Positions 58,501-64,000 of a stretch of 64,000 nucleotides of DNA are shown piece by piece. The notes beneath the pieces were generated by a model, which saw nothing but the letters and a program-made list of their open reading frames with translations, did no database searches and was not told the origin of the DNA. This DNA comes from Centroscyllium fabricii (lineage: Eukaryota), in NCBI GenBank assembly GCA_051313645.2, contig JBNRSN020000001.1:564014001-564078000 (forward strand), written 5' to 3'. Position numbers and translations under genes: made by a program. How positions within the stretch are numbered: position 1 is the stretch's first letter; each line of letters begins with the position of its first letter.

Positions 58501-59668
58501 TTTGATTAGGTATAGCAATTCAAAATCGGATTTGTAATTTAAAAAAAAAAACTTTAACATCGAAATTTAATGATACCGATCTGGTCACATTACTCCCCAA
58601 AACTGTTAAAACTTAAAATTAAAGGTAAAAAAGTAACTTACCTTGTTTAAGAACGTTTTTCTCTCCCTCACGCACGGGTTACTGCAGCTTTTCTGAAGTG
58701 CATCTCAAGGCTCCGTTGCCCACGGAATCACGCAGCAAATTGACCCTTTTGCACCAGAAATCGTGGGTGCAACTCACTCCTGCGTTTGATGCTGAGGGCC
58801 CTTCTCCCTCAGCATCGGAAATCTCGGATCCATGGGCATCTCCCGTGCGTTCATCGCACGGGGCTTTTCGTCCGTGGGCATCTGGTTTGAGGCACCCGAA
58901 ATTCTGGCCCATTGAATACCCCTGGATATTGAGTTCCCAACCTTGGTCACCCTGGAGCCATGTCTCCATAATCCCAATCATATCATATCCGTTTACCTCT
59001 ATTTGCACAGCTAATTCATCCACCTTATTATGAATGCTCCTCGCATTAAGACACAAAGTCTTCAGGCTTGTTTTTTTAAAACACTTAGACCTTTTAGAAT
59101 TATTATTTACTGTGACCATGTTTGATTTAAATCATTGATTTCTCTGACTGCCACTTTTGCTTTTCTCCTTCCTGTCTTTTGCTTCTATCCTTGTTTCCCT
59201 GTCCTCTGTCCCCCTGCCACTTTAGTTTAAACTCTCCCCCAGAGCACTAGCAAACACTCCCCCTAGGACATTGGTCCTGGTCCTGCCTCGGTGCAAACCG
59301 TCCAGTTTGTACTGGTCCCACCTCCTCCAGAACGGTTCCAATGTCCCAGGAATTTGAATCCCTCCTCCTTGCACCATTCCTCTAGCCACGTATTCATCTG
59401 AAATATCCTTCTATTTCTACTCTGACAGGCATGTGGCACTGGTAGCAATCCTGAGATTACTACCTTTGAGGTCCTATTTTTTAATTTACCTCCTAACACT
59501 CTATATTCAGCTTTTAGGACCTTGTCCCAGTTTTTAGCTATATCGTTGGTACCCACATGCACCACGACAACTGGCTTTTCACCCTCCCCTTCCAAAATGC
59601 TCTGCAGCCGCCCCGAGACATCCTTGACCCTTGCACCAGGGAGGCAACATACCATCCTGGAGTCTCGT
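55543..59668 (-). mobile_element. CR1/HER1 LINE (ORF1 esterase remnant plus ORF2 EN-RT), decayed and MITE-interrupted
   Basis: ORF1 CCLPGARVKDV..VVVHVGTNDI (SGNH-like). ORF2 LCLNARSIHNK, GIMETWL, GVVYRPPN, GDFN, VYLDFQKAFDKVPH, QGSVLGP. Confidence 0.92.
58084..58910 (-). mobile_element. Harbinger-like MITE copy 3 (diverged subfamily)
   Basis: GGGCCAGAATTT...AAATTCTGGCCC with ATT TSD. Removing it plus one ATT restores the CR1 frame WELNIQGYSIFRKDR. Confidence 0.9.
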
Positions 59669-59674
59669 GTCAGG

Positions 59675-60117
59675 AGGCTGGTATCGGGAGCAGTGAGACC
59701 AGAGACACAGAGAGTATTTAAACTCACTTTTGCGGGCTTTCTTTGCAGAGGCTGGTGTTGGGAGCAGTGAGACCAGAGACCCAGAGAGTATTTAAACTCA
59801 CTTTCACTGGCTTTCTTTGCAGTGGCTGGTGTCAGGAGCAGTGAGACCAGAGACCCAGAGAGTATTTAAACTCACTTTTGTGGGCTTTCTTTGCAGAGGC
59901 TGGTGCTGGGAGCAGTGAGACCAAAGACCCAGTGAGTATTTAAACGCACTTTCGCGGGTTTTCTTTCACCAGCTGATGTCAGGAGCAGTGAGACTAGAGA
60001 CCCAGAGAGTATTTAAACTCACTTTCGTGGACTTTCTTTGCAGAGGCTGGTGTCGAGAGCAGTGAGACTAGAGACCCAGTGAGTATTTAAACTCACTTTT
60101 GCAGGCTTTCTTTCACA
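59675..60117. repeat. Minisatellite, 6 x 74 bp
   Basis: GAGCAGTGAGAC starts at 59688, 59762, 59836, 59910, 59983 and 60057. Confidence 0.92.
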
Positions 60118-60119
60118 GG

Positions 60120-60682
60120 CTTACCAATCTCAGACCAGTGGCGGCATTCCAGAGCCACGTCATGGTTCAAAACATGACGCGGGCAGGAGGGAGCAGCTGA
60201 TTGGGTGAGTATAGCCCGGGAGTACTTATACTGCTCTATAGTTTGACTGTTAAGGTTCATAATTTATAAAGTTTAGAAGGTCTTAATTTTTTTGTGATTA
60301 TTGTTTCTAGTCCTAGTAATCAAGGGACCTTGAATATATCATTTAATTTTAGTGTAATTGGTGGTATTGATTTAATTTAAGTTAATTTAAATTAATTGAA
60401 GGGTAAGTCATGGCAGGACAGCTCGGCACCATAGTATGCTCCTCCTGCATTATGTGGGAAATCAGGGACACTTCCTGTGTCTCTGACGACCATATGTGCA
60501 GGAAGCGTATCCAGCTGCAGCTACTGGCAGACCACATTGTGATGCTGGAGCTGTGAATGGATACATACTGGAGCATTCATGATGCTTAGGACATCATGGA
60601 CAGTACATTTAGGGAGTTGGTCACAACGCAGGTAAAGGCGACACAGGCAGGAAGGAAATAGGTGACAGCCAGGCAGAGTAGT
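60120..60682 (+). mobile_element. CR1 5' region and ORF1 N-terminus (zinc finger/leucine zipper), interrupted by the chromovirus
   Basis: From ATG 60410: MAGQLGTIVCSSCIMWE...DHMCRKRIQLQLLADHIVMLEL*, with stops. Confidence 0.7.
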
Positions 60683-63600
60683 TGTAACGGTTGTAGGTTG
60701 GGCCCAAATGCAATACACCGAAAACATACGTAGAAGTAAACTCCTTTATTTCTGAGCAGTAACAGACATAGGAAACAGTAGGTCAATAACGGCAGAAAGT
60801 TCACGGAGGCAACAAGTCCAAAACAGAGTTCAGCCAGAAGAGAATCCAAATTCAGAAACAGTACAATACCAGGTAGTCCGTCCACGGGAGCGACAAATCC
60901 AAAACAGAGTTCAGGCAGAAGAGAATCCAAATTCAGAAACAGTACAATACCGGGTAGTCCGTCCACGGGAGCGACAAATCCAAAACAGAGTTCAAGCAGA
61001 AGAGAATCCAAATTTCCAGTAAGCAGGTCAGTATCTCGAACAGACAGGATCAGAGAGCTAGGAACTAAACACAGGTATCACAGTCAGAAAGAATAACGAT
61101 CTGGCAACCACTAGGTGGAAAGTAGGAGCTTATATACAGCTCTTGATTACCACTGGTGAATCTGGGCTGTTCAATCAGGTGCAGGCAGTAGAGCTAACGA
61201 GGTGATAACCAGTTAAAGGGGAAGAGCCAACCTAAGAGTTTAAAGGAGAAGAACCAAACTATGACAGAACCCCCCCCTCAAGGGACGGCTCCTGACGTCC
61301 CAAACCTCAAATGCCGGAGTCGGGTGGGCGGAGGGGTGCGGATGAGGGACTAATATTCCTCGGGACCCTCATCCATGTCCATCTCATCACTAGAATGAAG
61401 GGAATTCTCCTCATCAGAGGATTGCACCTCCTCGTCCAGGGTTTCAGGAGGATGCACGGAACTGGGCCCTTGCCCAGGCTCCCCAGGGAGCGCAGTCCTC
61501 CTACTCGGCTGGTCGGGATGCCTTCTGTGGAAGTCGGCCATAAGCTGAGGATCAACAATGTGACGAGCAGGAACCCAGGACCGCTCCTCTGGTCCATACC
61601 CCTCCCAGTCCACCAGGTACTGAAGTCCTCTCCCTCGGCGACGGGAGCGAAGTAGGCGGCGAACAGTGTAGACCAACCCCCCGTCGAGCATACGAGGAGG
61701 CGGAGGGGGCGTGGCAACAGGCACCAATGTACTCTCTCGTGCTGGTTTGACCCGCGACACATGAAAAGTGGGATGAACCCGCATGGATCGAGGAAGCTTG
61801 AGTCTCACTGCCGCTGGCTTGATGACCCTCTGGATCTCGAAGGGACCGATAAACCTGGGAGCTAGCTTCTTAGACTCCACCTGGAGGGGCAGGTCCTTAG
61901 TGGAGAGCCACACCTTCTGACCAGCCTGATAGTTAGGAGCCTCCGAGCGATGACGGTTGGCAGCAGCAGAGTAGCGGTCCGCTGAGCGAAGCAACGAAGT
62001 CCGTGCCTGGGCCCATGTCCGGCGACAACGATGAATAAATGACTGGACGGACGGACAGGAAACCTCCCTCTCCAGGTCCGGAAACAATGGGGGCTGGAAC
62101 CCATAGGCGCACTGGAACGGGGAGCGTCCGGTGGCGGAACTGGTCAGGGTGTTGTGGGCGTACTCTACCCACAGGAGTAACTGGGACCAGGAAGAGGGAT
62201 TCTGGGAGACCATACATCGTAGAGCCTTCTCCATCTCCTGATTCATGCGTTCAGACTGCCTGTTGGACTGCGGATGAAAACCTGAAGACAGACTGACTGT
62301 GGCCCCGATCAGACTGCAGAACTCCCTCCAGAATACTGACATAAACTGTGGACCCTGATCAGAGACTACGTCGACAGGAAGACCATGAAGACGGAAAACA
62401 TGTTGCAGCATAAGTTCAGCTGTCTCCTTCGCCGAGGGCAGTTTAGGCAGAGGTATGAAATGGGCCATCTTGCTGAATCGGTCCACCACTGTCAGGATAG
62501 TAGTTAGTCCCTTGGATGGAGGCAGACCGGTAACAAAGTCCAAGGATATGTGGGACCAAGGACGATGTGGCACCGGCAGAGGTTGCAGAAGACCAGCGGG
62601 AGCCCGATGAGATGGCTTGTGTTGGTTGCAGACCGAGCAGGCGTTGACAAACTCCCGGGTGTCTTCTTCCAGAGTATCCCACCAGAACCTCCGCAGTATA
62701 ACCTCCTTGGTCCTTTGAGCCCCCAGATGGCAGGAAAGCTTGGAAGCATGGGCCCACTGGAGAACATCAGGTCGAAGGTCCTTGGGAACGAATAGACGGT
62801 CGGGAGGACAACCGCTGGGTCCAGCCTGATTCTCCATGGCTGATCTCACCCTCTCCTCGATGTCCCACGTAACGGCAGCAATCAGACATAGAGCTGGAAG
62901 GATGAGGTCAGATTCAGGAGCGGAACTCTCCTCCTTCTGGAACTGGCGGGACAGATCATCAGGCTTGACATTGCGAGAACCAGGCCGGTAGGAGAGGGTG
63001 AAGTTGAAACGGGTAAAGAAGAGGGACCACCTAGCCTGCCGTGAATTCAGCCTCTTGGCCGTGCGAATGTATTCAAGGTTCTTATGGTCTGTCCAGACTA
63101 AGAACGGCAGCTTGGTCCCCTCTAGCCAATGGCGCCACTCCTCCAATGCCATCTTGTGCGCCAGTAACTCCCGGATCCCGATGTCATAATTCATCTCAGC
63201 CGAGGACAGGCGTTTAGAAAAATAGGCACAGGGATGTAGCTTTTGGTCAGAAGCAGAATGTTGGGACAGAATAGCCCCTACTCCAACACCTGATGCGTCC
63301 AACTCTACCACGAACTGCTGATCCGGATCAGGCACCTGGAGAATGGGAGCAGAGGTGAACCGGGACCTGAGAACTCGAAAAGCCTCCTCCGCTGCAGAAG
63401 ACCACAGAAACGGCTCCTTAGAGGAGGTAAGGGCCGATAACGGGGCCGCTACCGTGCTGTAGCCGCGAATGAATCTTCGATAGAAGTTAGCGAACCCCAG
63501 GAACCGCTGTAGCTGTTTACGTGTCTCCGGAATAGGCCAAGACGCGACAGCTGACACCTTCTCTGGATCCATCTGCACGCTCCCCTGCGCAATGATGTAC

Positions 63601-64000
63601 CCCAAGAAAGATACGGTAGTGACGTGAAACTCACACTTCTCCGCCTTCACAAATAACGAGTTCTCGAGAAGCCGTTGCAGGACAGTCTGGACATGGTGAA
63701 CATGCTCATCACGAGACTTAGAAAAAATCAAAATGTCGTCCATGTAAACGAACACAAACCGGTTCAGCATGTCTCTTAACACGTCATTCACCAAGGCTTG
63801 GAATACCGCCGGGGCGTTGGTTAACCCGAACGGCATTACGAGGTATTCATAATGTCCAGAGGGAGTGTTGAAAGCTGTCTTCCATTCATCGCCCTCTCGG
63901 ATCCGGACCAGGTGATAGGCGTTACGAAGGTCAAGCTTGGTAAAGATGATCGCCCCCTGTAGCAACTCAAAGGCAGAAGAGATGAGAGGAAGAGGATACC
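60683..64000 (-). mobile_element. Tf1/sushi-type chromovirus LTR retrotransposon, 3' part (continues beyond the window)
   Basis: 3' LTR 60683-61266 (TG..CA) with ~2.5 copies of an 81-bp internal repeat; PPT GAGGGGGGGTTC adjacent. Confidence 0.9.
61350..63965 (-). CDS. pol: Pol: RT, RNase H, integrase and chromodomain; open throughout the visible part
   Basis: [74 protein letters not shown]. Confidence 0.95.
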   Translation of the reverse strand: MLQGAIIFTKLDLRNAYHLVRIREGDEWKTAFNTPSGHYEYLVMPFGLTNAPAVFQALVNDVLRDMLNRFVFVYMDDILIFSKSRDEHVHHVQTVLQRLLENSLFVKAEKCEFHVTTVSFLGYIIAQGSVQMDPEKVSAVASWPIPETRKQLQRFLGFANFYRRFIRGYSTVAAPLSALTSSKEPFLWSSAAEEAFRVLRSRFTSAPILQVPDPDQQFVVELDASGVGVGAILSQHSASDQKLHPCAYFSKRLSSAEMNYDIGIRELLAHKMALEEWRHWLEGTKLPFLVWTDHKNLEYIRTAKRLNSRQARWSLFFTRFNFTLSYRPGSRNVKPDDLSRQFQKEESSAPESDLILPALCLIAAVTWDIEERVRSAMENQAGPSGCPPDRLFVPKDLRPDVLQWAHASKLSCHLGAQRTKEVILRRFWWDTLEEDTREFVNACSVCNQHKPSHRAPAGLLQPLPVPHRPWSHISLDFVTGLPPSKGLTTILTVVDRFSKMAHFIPLPKLPSAKETAELMLQHVFRLHGLPVDVVSDQGPQFMSVFWREFCSLIGATVSLSSGFHPQSNRQSERMNQEMEKALRCMVSQNPSSWSQLLLWVEYAHNTLTSSATGRSPFQCAYGFQPPLFPDLEREVSCPSVQSFIHRCRRTWAQARTSLLRSADRYSAAANRHRSEAPNYQAGQKVWLSTKDLPLQVESKKLAPRFIGPFEIQRVIKPAAVRLKLPRSMRVHPTFHVSRVKPARESTLVPVATPPPPPRMLDGGLVYTVRRLLRSRRRGRGLQYLVDWEGYGPEERSWVPARHIVDPQLMADFHRRHPDQPSRRTALPGEPGQGPSSVHPPETLDEEVQSSDEENSLHSSDEMDMDEGPEEY

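Noticed and set aside
60586-61011. 141-aa hydrophobic repeat ORF (env-like?)
   Set aside because: It is a translation of the 81-bp tandem repeat inside the LTR and runs across the LTR boundary.

Overview
Eukaryotic, almost entirely transposon-derived DNA, most likely from a shark or other elasmobranch (HE1-type V-SINEs with (TTTCTATG)n tails, HER1/CR1 LINEs, SacSINE1-like DeuSINEs). I found no convincing host gene exon, rRNA, true tRNA or CRISPR array. The window is a deeply nested TE pile. LTR elements: two full-length CsRn1-clade Gypsy, one Tf1/sushi-type chromovirus running off the right edge, two non-autonomous Mag-like elements (gag-pro and gag-only), and a further Gypsy family represented by four copies. 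Non-LTR elements: a Tx1-like LINE, Rex1, CR1 and Penelope-like fragments. DNA transposons: decayed Harbinger elements, a GGGCCAGAAAT-TIR MITE family with ATT/AAT TSDs, and a Tigger-like MITE. The strongest unusual signal is in that further Gypsy family. Its three elements that retain a 5' leader have no tRNA primer-binding site; instead the 14-15 nt right after the 5' LTR are the reverse complement of each element's own LTR poly(A)-signal segment, and the two arms co-vary between elements. This suggests tRNA-independent self-priming and/or poly(A)-site occlusion. Other notable features are a ~0.5 kb SINE split over ~24.6 kb by nested insertions, PBS-like duplications built into LTR ends, and arrays of housekeeping transcription-factor motifs inside unrelated TEs. 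All coordinates and mismatch counts were read by eye.
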